Below are positions 27,461-39,040 of a DNA stretch of 64,000 nt, in pieces (position 1 is the first letter of the stretch; every line of letters begins with the position of its first letter). The stretch is taken from NCBI RefSeq assembly GCF_000150275.1, contig NW_002060976.1, forward strand, positions 67,626 through 131,625, read 5' to 3'. Under the pieces are notes generated by a model, which worked only from the letters and a program-made list of their open reading frames with translations, searched no databases and was not told the origin of the DNA. The stretch is from Trichoplax adhaerens. Lineage: Eukaryota; Animalia; Placozoa. The position numbers and the translations under genes were made by a program.

Positions 27461-30186
27461 ATGGGTAGCCCTCAAAACGAATCTGGCCAAGATTCACACA
27501 GTGAGTCCACTATTACCCGTAAGGAACATTTGAAAAGTGATTTTAGACAAGATAATGACTTGACTGATGAAATGTTGCAAGATAGTGTTGACGATAAATC
27601 TGACAAGGACTCAAGTCAATATCGATATGGATGTGGTCCATGCCAGCCACAATGGCTACAGGTTTTAAATCATCGATTGTGGCTAGTTATCGTTATTTGC
27701 ATATATGCTACTTTTGCTGGAATGCTTATGAGTGGATTTGCCGTAGGAACGGTTACTTCGGTCGAGAAACGTTTCGGTCTGAGCAGTACAGAAACGGGAG
27801 CCATGCCATCGGCCGCTGAAGTTGCTAGTGCAGTAGTTGGAGTTACGGCTAGCTATCTTGGTGATCGAGGGCATAAAGGAAGATATTTAAGCGTGGGTGC
27901 TTTAGTTATGGCAGTAGGAGCGTTCACTTATTCGATACCCCATTTCGCCACCGAAAAATATGTTGTCGCTAGTTTTTCCAGCAATTATACCGATTTATGT
28001 CTTGTCAATTCGTCGCTATTATCAGGCAGTTGTGATGCATCCTCATCAGTTTCCAGCAATTCCTATCTGCGTAATTTCTTTTTCCTGTTTCTAATCTCAC
28101 AGTTATTGATGGGTGCAGGAAATAACTTGATCTGGAGTGTTGGTACTACTTATATCGATGAGAATGTTCCTCCAGTCTCTTCGCCGTTATATGTTTCATC
28201 GCTCTTTGTTATTAGTATTATAGGCCCTTCGCTGGGCTATATTATCGTCGGGATCTTTCTAGATATGTTTGTTAACTGGCCAGAAGCAGCGCCACCAGGT
28301 AGATTGAATTGCTAATCATGCTCTTTGAGCTGAATAAATTATTAACAATTTGCATGGACTACTTTAATCAATGTTCTTTAGAGCACGATAACTAATAAAT
28401 TTAAAATTTTAATCGAAATATAAAGGTTTAACACCTCAAGATGCGCGATGGATTGGTGCCTGGTGGCTGTGCTTCGTCATCTCTGCTGTTTGCTTGCTTG
28501 CTGCGTCTATTCCTCTTTTCGGATTTCCACGTAAATTACCTGGCTATGAAGAATACAAACGTATCCGACAAGAAGAAGCTAAAGCTACTAACAGAATTGA
28601 TAAAGGATACGGCAACAGCGTTTCAGATTTTCTGAAAGCTAGTCGTGATTTATTCAAGAACGTTCCGTTTGTCTGCTTATTCATTTCTGGAACATTTGAG
28701 TTTCTCGCAGTCAATGGCGTAACTTGGTTTTTTCCAAAGATTTTAGAGACACAGTTTCGTTTACCTTCTTCTGAAGCTAGCCTTACTGTAGGTTACATTA
28801 GTATAGTTGGAGGATGCATTGGTATGTTGCTGGTAAGTAATGAATCAATGATTGTCGTAATAGCATTGAGGAACAATAAATCTCGCTGCAACCAATCTAA
28901 AATATGATTTGATTGCCAACTCTTGTCTTAATAATTCAACTTAGGGTGGAGTACTGTTGAGAGTCCTTAAATTAAAAGGTCGTGGTGCAACCAAATTAAC
29001 TTGGATTATTGGTATATGTGATTGTATAGTTTTTACTGTTTTCCTACTCGGTTGTAATAATCTTCCTTTTGCTGGAGTCACCAGTCCTTACGGCAGTAAT
29101 TCGTCAGTTACACTGTAAGTAATGCGCCAAGTTGCTTTCATGAGTATCTTTGTTTTCTTTTGATTTATGCTGATGTCTAGTACGTACTCCATCAATTAGA
29201 AATCACAGGGTAAACGCAGTTAATTTAACGGCATCCTGTAACACAGATTGTATGTGTAACAACGTCAAATATAATGCAATATGTGGATCCGATGGTAAAA
29301 CCTATTATTCCCCATGTCATGCCGGCTGCACCAGTAGCTATGTCGATAGCAACCGTTCTGCAACTGTATGTTATCCTCAAGTAGATTACTTTATTTCTAT
29401 TTTAAGTGATAGCTGTACTCTAAAGCAAAAGATCTAATTTCAAGTGCTTTATTTAGGAATATTTCATCGTTATTATAAGCATCGATACGTTTGAGCATAT
29501 TTTTAAATGGATAGATAGAGCAGGTGCCGGTTTTCTTGTTGACGTTGATATTCTATTTGTTTAGATTTACCACAACTGCAGTTGCATTCAAAATGTCAAT
29601 CGGACAAAATATAGTTATGATGCTATCCAGGGATCATGTATCTCGGAATGCCCACAATATACGCTATTTGTGATTGGTGCTTCTATTTCAATGGTCTCCA
29701 TTATGGCTAAAACTGTTCCATCCATAGAAGCTATAATGAGGTAAGATAGCTGATAAGGGCTACAGATTCTGAAATTGGCTTCATTGATTTCACTTATTCC
29801 AATCTATTGATTCGTTATTGATAATACGTAGGTGTGTTGGTGATGATCAAAGATCCTATGCTCTGGGGCTTGTTTCGTCCTTGGTACGCTTAGCTGGAAA
29901 TATACCAGGTCCGCTTATTATTGGAGCTTTTATTGATCAATCGTGTATCTTATGGACACAAGAATGTAGCTCTACCCGTACATGTTGGTTATATGATAGC
30001 AGAAACTTGGCGAATTACCTTTATGGTTCTATGATTTTTGTTAAGATTGTATCTGTAACATTTTTTATATTGTCTTGGTGGTTCTATGATAAAGGTAACG
30101 GTAAAAGCTCGGGAGAAGAAAAGGATTTATGTGATATCCCGTTCGAAAAAGCGAATAATATTGCTACGGAAGCAACTCGTATTTAA
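27461..30186 (+). CDS. SLCO: SLCO/OATP copy C; exons 27461-28298, 28426-28832, 28945-29114, 29200-29365, 29565-29740, 29832-30186
   Basis: Close paralogue of copy B in both exons and introns. All OATP motifs are intact and GT-AG phases are consistent. Confidence 0.93.
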
Positions 30187-33100
30187 AGCAGTTCAATGCA
30201 ATAGAACCTTTAAAACATAATCGGTTTCTTAAGTTGATATAGTCAAACTTGACCTGTCAAACTTAGACTGCAACCATGACTGGAATCCTTCTATGCTACA
30301 TCAAACGATAAAAACCGTTTAAGATCATCTTAGATATACACATAGCAGTGCATGTATATACGGTATGTAATATCCTTTGATAGGGTAGCCATATCCAATT
30401 TTCCATGTTATGACAAGTTTGTAAAATTTGATGTAGATCCATTATGCACTGGCATTATTTTGTTAGTTTGATATCAGTGTTAAGCATTAATTGAAAATAT
30501 AATAGTAGATTAGTCAATCTTGTAATATAATTGTGGGTAATGCTCGCCATTTTACCCTTTGTTAGAAGGAAACTTAACGAATTTTCTGCTCTATTACAGT
30601 ATGTGACTGTGTTGTAGGCAATAGTCGTACTTGTTTCATTGATATTGTTGAATAAAATTGACTAGCGTATTATTGGACACTTTATTTAGTAATGTTTGCT
30701 AATTGATGTGAGTAAACCTTAATGAATCAAGTCAAGGTGTTTTCATCAGCATTCACGATGGCAAAATGGCCATTTGTTGAGGACTGCTATTCGTACTATG
30801 CCTGATAATTTGATGAGCATTTTGAAGTTTTACTCTTCAATTTTAACATTCTATGAAATATCATTATCATGGATCAGTTTACACTTGCTCGAAGTTATAG
30901 ATTTAATTTAAAAATGCGCTCAAATGATTTGGAATCATGCTATCCTAGTACAGTACATGAATTGAAGCTAGTAATTCCAGTTACCGCTTTCAAATATCGC
31001 TATAGTTGCATCATATTCAATAAAATGCAATACTGAACTAACAACATGATTTATATGTGTCTGTATGCATTTCAATGATACGATCAAATCGGATATTGAC
31101 ATCAGTCATGATTACTTCTTGTCAATACAATTGTCTGTTTGGATCAAGGTTCAAGTTTGAACCAGGCAGGCATGATACAGACCTTTCGGCAAGTTAAGAC
31201 TTGTTATGCGCGCTGCAATACTATAACGTTATGAAATCTTTTCCTTGATAGAAGGATGGGATTTTTATTGACATAAATAACTTGCTAAGTATTAAAGAAT
31301 TGGCTCATGGTGATCTCTCCATTTCTATAACTATCATAGTACTTTCTTGATTCACTAGTTTCGATAACCCGATAGCCAACTTTGCATCTACACTATTTTG
31401 TAAGTATAAAGTTGTGAATGGTCATATAATTATTTACCTTAAAAGTATTCAATTAATATTCGTCAATAGCCATGAATTTCTCCATACGGATTGATTGTGT
31501 ACTTATCTAAAGGAAATGAAAATCAACTCTCATGCCTACTGTACTCTATCTCTCTTCAATTCCATTTATTCGCAGCTTCAAATGAAATAGCCAATATGAA
31601 GAAGAATTCCTTGACGACATAGTAACTGCCCACTTCCACTTTAGTATGGATCAAAGTAGATTATCCTATTGGCAATGACTGCACCATTTTCAATGCCTAT
31701 GAGTTACATCGCCATAGCATTTAGAGTCAGAAGGGAAATCACAACTATAAAAATTTTTCCCTTTCCACCTTTCACTCTTGGCCGAAAAGAAACTTGCAAG
31801 CTTAGGCGTAAAGTTTATTAGCAGATATCACATAAACTAGGGCTTAATCCCTTATGTTTATAACATTTGAGTAAGGAATATAATCGCTTCTTGTAGATAG
31901 AGTAAAAACTTTGCTTTATAAATCTATACAGTATATAGACAGCTTGATTCTAGGCTTACTTAAAATGTCATTTATATTGTGAATAAGCCGTTACTATTGT
32001 ATCAAAGTATAAAACACGAAATTTATTACTACAATCAAATGTACTCGTGGACATAGCTTTTTACCATCTAATAACAGTTCAATTTTCTACTTTATAGAAT
32101 ATGAAACTATACTTCCGTATTCAAAAAGAACACTTTCAGTTTAAAATAGGAATAAATGTGTCTTTAGATAAACATGTTCACCTTTAAAACTTTAGGATTC
32201 AATCTAAACTTTAGATATTATAAAAATTGACGGTGTGTTACAGAGTATTTCTTTTAGATGAATACCCGAAATGTATCAAAAAAGACCTACGAAAGTATTG
32301 ATGAGATTTCGTTTTAATAGCATTGGATTTATTGGGTAGAATGGTATCTATCATGTAGTACTAGTAAAGAAAACAGTATGATTTGGGTTAACAGATATTC
32401 TACGACCTATATTCTTCATGGAGACGTGGAAAATTCGATTTTCTGGATTTGTAAATTAAAATTGAAAATGTCTAAGCTGTACAGTAGACAAAGAACGTTC
32501 ATAGAATATGAGAATGTGAAAGTTTTCCGAAATAATTACATGGATATAAATAAATATTTTTTAATCTAATTAGTTCTAATCATCAAATTAGACTATTGTT
32601 TACATTTTGTTATTGCATTTGAAACAATCATTTTTGCTCATGTTATATAGTATAGAAGTAATTGTCCGTTAATAGAACTTGAAAACGATCCATATTAAGT
32701 CTTATTTATATTTTCCTAATGTGAATGACTAACCTATAGAATAATGAAGCCAGGTAAACAAAGAATGAATTCTACAGATTTATGTGTATTATTTTCAAGA
32801 TTGTTAATTAATTGATAATACTTCTCTAATTGCGTAATTTGAAGGTTTAGTACCAGTAGCGCATGCGGCGAACTGTTAGAAACTTATTGTCTAAGCAGTG
32901 ACAGATAGCTCTTGAATTGTTTTCAATTTTATCCAATCGCTATTTACTACTCAGTATTATGAACTACTACATGTTTTATTATGACTCCTAAGGTAGAAAA
33001 TCGTAGAGAAATCATATCTGCGATTACAGTTGTACTTGAATCTTGTTTCATACAAATCGTCGTGAAATTGATTACTCTCTAAAGATAATCTAATTCAATC

Positions 33101-34331
33101 ATCTAGTTTACGTGGCTTAACAGCTTTTGACCGGTGTTCAGAGAAAATCAAAATTAAGCCTTCTCCGATAATTAGATACGCTAATAAAGGTCGTTTGGAA
33201 GGCGGAATTTTGTCTAGATTTCAGTTGCTTCAGCATTTTAAGGAATTTTTGACTATGCTAAAGCAACTGAAATTCAATTCTACATATTCAAAATTTAAGT
33301 TGATTTGGCTGCAATAATGGCCGTCAAAAAGCCATTATGGCACTTTCTTTGGCCATTAGCGTACGCTGTACCCGGTACTAGTTTTAAACTGAACATTTTC
33401 TACTGGGTTTGAGTATGAAAGTTTAACTCTACTTTGGGTAGCCATACTCGTACAGTATTCTTCGAACTATACTGGAGTAACAAGTTGCCAGCCTATAGGG
33501 ACTATAGTACTAGAAAGAAAGATTCGAAATGGAAATCTGCAGATCTATCATTTTTCTGGTCGTTCTATACTACAACTTTACTGCTGAGAGCGTATACACT
33601 ATACTCTCACTATACAGTAGAATTAAATCAATCAAAGCAGCTTGTGTGGATGATAATGATGGACGGTGACACTCACTGTGTATCGTTTCAGATCTACGTT
33701 TCAGCACGGTTTCACTTGAAGTGGCCAGTCCGTTGAAACAGTAAAACTGATGCGGGTTTTCACTGTAATGACAGGATTTGTATGAGTTTGTGGAATGGGA
33801 CTGTAGAGGGAACGTTACCGTTGACAAGATTAGTATGAGATCTACCGTTACCACTGAAGAGATACACTATAACAAATGAAAAACGTTACGACAAAACCAT
33901 ACAGTACAATTTGACCACTTTACAGTATGTCGCGACTGGGCACAATGGGCAGAGAGCAAGCATTTCTCGGACGGATGTACAACGGATATGCCAGGCAACC
34001 TTCAAAAGGAATTGATTGCATCCACGTGGACCTTCACTTCGTTCGCCTTCTGCTGGTAGTTAATTGAGCTAATCGAACTCTGCGTTGCAAGTTGAACATG
34101 GATCCAGCATGGAGCAGATGAGAATTCTACTTAATCAAGTTAGAATGGTGATACACAATGGAAGGAAAGTCGCTTGATGTATTGAAGCAAGCTCAAGGTA
34201 AAATAGTTTTCAAGTTATGCACAGTAGATGAGTAGAGGTTCGCCTTGTAAGGAAGTTCGGATGACCGAGCGAGAATCTTATGAGGTGATCGGAAAATTCT
34301 GCTTAACACGATTAAACCATGCTAGAATAGT

Positions 34332-34419
34332 AGAATGTCATGATGATAGAGGTAGATTTAGACTAGAGTCTCTGATCAATAAATATGACGAGTCTACCCT
34401 TGGCTGTCTGAAACATTCT
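34332..34419 (+). ncRNA. Box C/D snoRNA, double guide U52(snR78)/U53-like, copy 1
   Basis: Terminal stem AGAATGT/ACATTCT; C ATGATGA 34340; D' CTGA 34372; C' ATGACGA 34385; D CTGA 34408. Guides AGACTAGAGTC (anti-28S GACUCUAGUCU) and CCCTTGGCTGT (anti-28S ACAGCCAAGGG). Confidence 0.92.
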
Positions 34420-34785
34420 TGACCTAATAGCTCCAAAGTCGGGTTTCGAGAGATTAGGTTGATTTGTCTAGGTAGTAGTGGCTGATCGACAATTTCAGTT
34501 TGATGCCATGTATTACGTTGAGTAAGAATGTTTGTAATAAGGGCGTTGCAATTTTATTTCTTTAATGTAGTGGCAGTGAAGATGGTCCTGGATGGGCGAT
34601 ACTGAAAGGAAGCGTCGGATAAATGGGAGCGAGAATTGGGTATTTTCCGGGATCAATTCTATTTCATGGACCAACCAATGGAATTGACCCATTTTCCGAT
34701 GGCGTGCTTGCCATGTTGTATGCGGTAAGTTACAACGGCGAAGAACATCGAGATGCAGCTCAAATTTGACACTAGCTTAGTGTAG

Positions 34786-34914
34786 GATCATTGATGACAC
34801 AAGATGACGATCTGAAATCATGTTACTTACTTTAGCACGATCGAAATTCTTTCGCTTGGCTAAAACGTAACTATGATTTGTTTTGATGGACATTCGAGGC
34901 ATTTGTCTGAGATC
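34786..34914 (+). ncRNA. SNORD15: Box C/D snoRNA U15-like, copy 1
   Basis: GATC/GATC stem; C TTGATGA 34791; D' CTGA 34812; long central hairpin; D CTGA 34907 preceded by CGAGGCATTTGT (anti-28S CAAAUGCCUCG), as in vertebrate U15. Confidence 0.9.
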
Positions 34915-35640
34915 ATCTTGCTACATTGATATAGATTATAAGTAACACCGGATAATTATCATATATATGAAATTAGTATACACAACATTTGATATAATAT
35001 ATAATTGGAAATGCACTGTACAATTTTCACGTCATTGCCGTGGTTTGCATCACCGACTGCAGTTCTTCTTTTACTAGTCCTAGCTCTTACAGTAGAATTA
35101 ACGATTATGATGTATTTTCCCTTTTAGCTTTCTTTGACGGCGTTGGAACTGAGAAAATGGAAATAAGATGTGATCCGCCGTTACCATGCAGAGGTCTATA
35201 CTCCTCATCCACCATTTGACTAGCATAATATGGCGTAAGTCTGAGATATTCTGTACACAGTGATTACGTGTATGAAAACGCCCTTTTCAGCCATAATTTA
35301 GCCACCATTCGTGTGTAATAGTGCTGCTGCAAACATTATGAATAACATTACAGGAAGTAGGTGTATCGCTTGGAATACTTTAGCCTTGACTGCGTTAATA
35401 TACACATTTATATCGTACCAGTTATGACTATATATTGTATCATGCAGTAATTATTTAGCTATCTGTAATACAAGGCGGTTAATATATACTTTTTAATGGC
35501 ATGATACCGCAGGGACTACCGTACTTAGTATTTTAACCAGGCAGTAGTGGGTATAGGACCTAGTCAGGGCGTCTGCTAAAGAAAACCTTAAAAACAAAAT
35601 ACGTTCTCCAAAACTGTATTCCATAATAGCAACGATACAA

Positions 35641-35729
35641 AGAATGCGATGATGATTAAGGTAGATTTAGACTAGAGTCTCTGATCTTCTACTATGACGA
35701 TTCTACCCTTGGCTGTCTGAATGCATTCT
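35641..35729 (+). ncRNA. Box C/D snoRNA, double guide U52(snR78)/U53-like, copy 2
   Basis: Stem AGAATGC/GCATTCT (compensatory change relative to copy 1); C 35649; D' 35681; C' 35694; D 35717. Both guides are identical to copy 1. Confidence 0.92.
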
Positions 35730-36185
35730 TAACGACACGGCCAGTCTGCAGTATGCACTACAGGACTGACAGTCTGTATTTGCTGCTACAGATCGCGATG
35801 TGGCTGTTCAACTTGCTATGTAGTTATGCAATTTATCCCTACAAATGTAGAATTAAAGATGAGTAACTGTAATGGTCTCGTCATATTAGCCACCTGCTGG
35901 ACTATACTACTACAATTAGCTGAGATCAGGACAGTAACCTCCAATCTTCAAAATTGTTAGTTAATTCATAATTTCCTTGAATGTTACATTTTGTAGGAAT
36001 CTTTGTTGCATTCCTTAAAACATGAATGGAAGGCTACAAAATGATATTCCAGAACATTGTTGAATTTTGTGGAATAACGATTGCGACGGTAATGGATAGA
36101 ACAGTCTTAAAACGTGTTCTCATTAAGTGAACGGTTAATTTCGATCAGATAAAACTGTGATAATTTCGTCTTTTAGCTTTGTTTG

Positions 36186-36318
36186 TGATCGTTGATGACA
36201 CAAGATGACGAGTCTGAAATCATGTTACTTACTTTAGCACGATCGAAATTCTTTCGCTTGAGCTAAATCGTAGCCATGATCTGGTTTGATGTACATTCGA
36301 GGCATTTGTCTGAGATCA
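36186..36318 (+). ncRNA. SNORD15: Box C/D snoRNA U15-like, copy 2
   Basis: TGATC/GATCA stem; C TTGATGA 36192; D' guide AGATGACGAG-T-CTGA (36214); central hairpin; D guide CGAGGCATTTG-T-CTGA (36310). Confidence 0.92.
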
Positions 36319-39040
36319 TATGTTGACGTTAATTAATTAAGGGTTGATCAGAAGTTTTGTACAGTCTGTAAAGAGACGACTAAAGATTCTCAATTAACTA
36401 CCGTAATTGTTATGATGATGTTTACAGTTTACAACTTTTGTCGCTTTGTATTAGGTTTATGGATATTAACTGAAACCATCTTCCGTAGCAACAATGGTGA
36501 TTGTCTGTCCACCACGTCAGGGTCTGTTCTTCCGATTGGCCACTGAATTGTTTTGCAAACATATAATGAACGAAACAGTCTGTAGTATAACAATGCGATT
36601 ATACCCTTGTAAATAAATTTATAGTAGGCAGAAAAACTTGGCTTCTGCTCTAAATTGTAGAAGTCTAGATCATCAGCTGTTGTGCTTTAGTTAAGGACTG
36701 ATTGCTGGCTATCGTAGCTATTAACGTATAAATATATTGGGTCTACTTTGACTTTGTTATTCTAATTTAATTTTAATTGCCTTACTGCTGTTTCAATGCA
36801 TCTTGCTAAACCACAAAGAAATATAATATCAACCATGTTGTATCGGTACGATAACTTCTGTTAAAATTCTTAGCAAAGACTTTTTATCGATGATTGGAGT
36901 TAATTTTTATCTCTTGAAAATACCATATGCAAATACTATTTCTTGTCGACGTGTTTTATCTAACTCATTATTTAATAAATTCAGTAATGAAAGTCTCCCG
37001 AAATGATTTACTTATTGATATGACGGTTAAGATATTTTCTTAAAATTTACGAATATTTATAGACATCCACTGCTTAATAGCAATTTTCTTAGTAATAATG
37101 GAGACTTTTAGACCTCACTATTTAGTTCTCCAATGAATGAATTACTCCTCAATCTAACATTTCAACGCTTTTGTACATTATCGCTCATAGTTTGGATGCT
37201 ATGCTTTCGTTGTCACCATATTTTTATTTTAATACATGACATATCATGCCAATACGTAATTTAATTCTCTATTTTAACTCGCATTGATCGTAGAGCTAGT
37301 GGAAGTGCTGCTTTATTACTCTAGATAATACAATACGCGTATTTCGTTTCCCTAGATGCAAACAACTGTAACATTACTGTATAATTCCAGGGTAAATCTT
37401 GATGCCAAAAGATACGGTTAAGATTGTCTTGTGATACTAGTACTGAACCTCCTCGATCCAATTATTTTTTACAGATTCATTTCCAAAATTTATATCAGCC
37501 CAGCTGAATGATCAAATTGATTAACTTTTGATACCGAGCATATTTTAAAATTGCGAAGTATTTGCCACAATAATTTCCTGAATTATTGCATCTAACTTTA
37601 TTACACACTGAAATATTAGAAATTACTTAATTCAAGTACGGTATTCATACTCATTTATAGATTTCACTAATATTACAATTATCGACTTTCATCGAGCGTG
37701 ATTGCAGAGTACAGTATGTAGACATTCCGTATTTAAAGCAGGATCAAAAAATTTATTGACTAATGCATTAAAATAAGACATGTTGAATAAATGTGAGAAC
37801 TGCCGTTGATAGGTAGTAATGGAAATTATATGACAATGTGAAGCAGTAATGAAGTGACGATAGATTATATTAATGCCTGCTTAATGATTAACTATGATTG
37901 GTTAATAGTTTGTTATATTGGAATATTGTTACGTAACCTTTATACTTTAGGCTTACATGAGTTAGTATGAGAGACTCAAAGATTTATATTGGAAAACCGC
38001 GCAGAGCCAATTTTGTATGAAATTTGAAAAGATAGATGCTAGTTAGAGATATCTTAAGGCAGTCGCCTGCCACATATTTTACTGCTTCTGTTGCATTTAG
38101 ATCTACTCGCGAACCTTTTAATTAATACATGCAATAAGTAAAACTATTACCCGAATCTATTAATTAAAGTTAATTTTGGAATAACAATAGTAGGTCTAAT
38201 AGTAGGGATTATTACAGTGATCAATCTACGAAATCGAATCTATGTATCTGATTTAAAAATTACTTCAGCGATATTCATAGTGATAAAATAGAGACAGCTG
38301 CTATTCCAGTTCATTGTGAACCAATACAGACAGCGATAGATATCACTTGCTGTTGCTAAGAGCTCTAGATATAGAGCAGCTGAATATTACGACATAGCAC
38401 GACGATAGCAGTTGTTGGTGAGTTCTTGTAGTCATAGATTAGGGAATAAATTTTAAATGTTAAAAAGTAACATTTTTTATAAATTTATTTTTAATAAAGA
38501 GATAAAACTGTAGATTTATAATTCATGTTGTAATCTTCTTTTAAATACAAATATCTTTTAATAGGATAATACAAAAAAGTATTGATGGTGCACCTTATTA
38601 AATCTAGGGGGTATTAATTTCCCTAGTACGATAGATAATACACCAGGTTTAGTTAATCGATCTACAGTTCATGAAATATACTGTAAGTTATTGAATGAAG
38701 AGAGACTTAGCTAGGTTTGATTTCTCAGTAGTTCAAAATTCCAATAAATAAAGAAAGTATAAGTTGTTGTTTGAAGAAATGAAAAATAAACAGTGATTAA
38801 CAAAATACTTATAAAAATTACCTACAACTAAGGTATTTATCTTCAGTTCCTACGTGCTAGCTAATTTGCCAACTAAGTACCAAAACTTTAATTACTCATT
38901 TTTAAATGAAATTATCATTAGATTAATTGGTAAATTTACACGGATGTGTACCTTCTCTAATTGGATTAGCCATAATTTATTTTTATTTTATTTTACAATT
39001 GCATGGAACAGCTCTTTGATGAGTTTAAAATTTAACTTAC

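Larger units (their letters stand above)
33343..36620 (+). ncRNA. Putative spliced non-protein-coding snoRNA host gene (SNHG-like, 5'TOP start); ends approximate
   Basis: Contains four C/D snoRNAs on +, with GT donors at 33361/33375, 34198, 34725 and 35235 and candidate AG acceptors at ~33925, ~34470, ~35353 and ~35791. No credible ORF. A pyrimidine start CTTTCTTT lies at 33343 and AATAAA at ~36612. Confidence 0.6.

Noticed and set aside
31845-31890. U12 snRNA-like word TGAGTAAGGAATATAA
   Set aside because: The U12 5' end, Sm site and downstream stem-loops are not evident.
34228-34422. 64-aa ORF (and ORFs 33434-33736 and 33570-33854)
   Set aside because: No recognisable motifs; the 64-aa ORF overlaps a well-formed snoRNA.
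36410-36476. ATGATGA...CTGA C/D-like pair
   Set aside because: No C'/D' boxes, only a 3-bp stem, no recognisable guide, and it overlaps a likely splice acceptor.
36985-37005. RNase MRP-like GAAAGTCTCCCG
   Set aside because: AT-rich context with no partner P4 strand or supporting helices seen.
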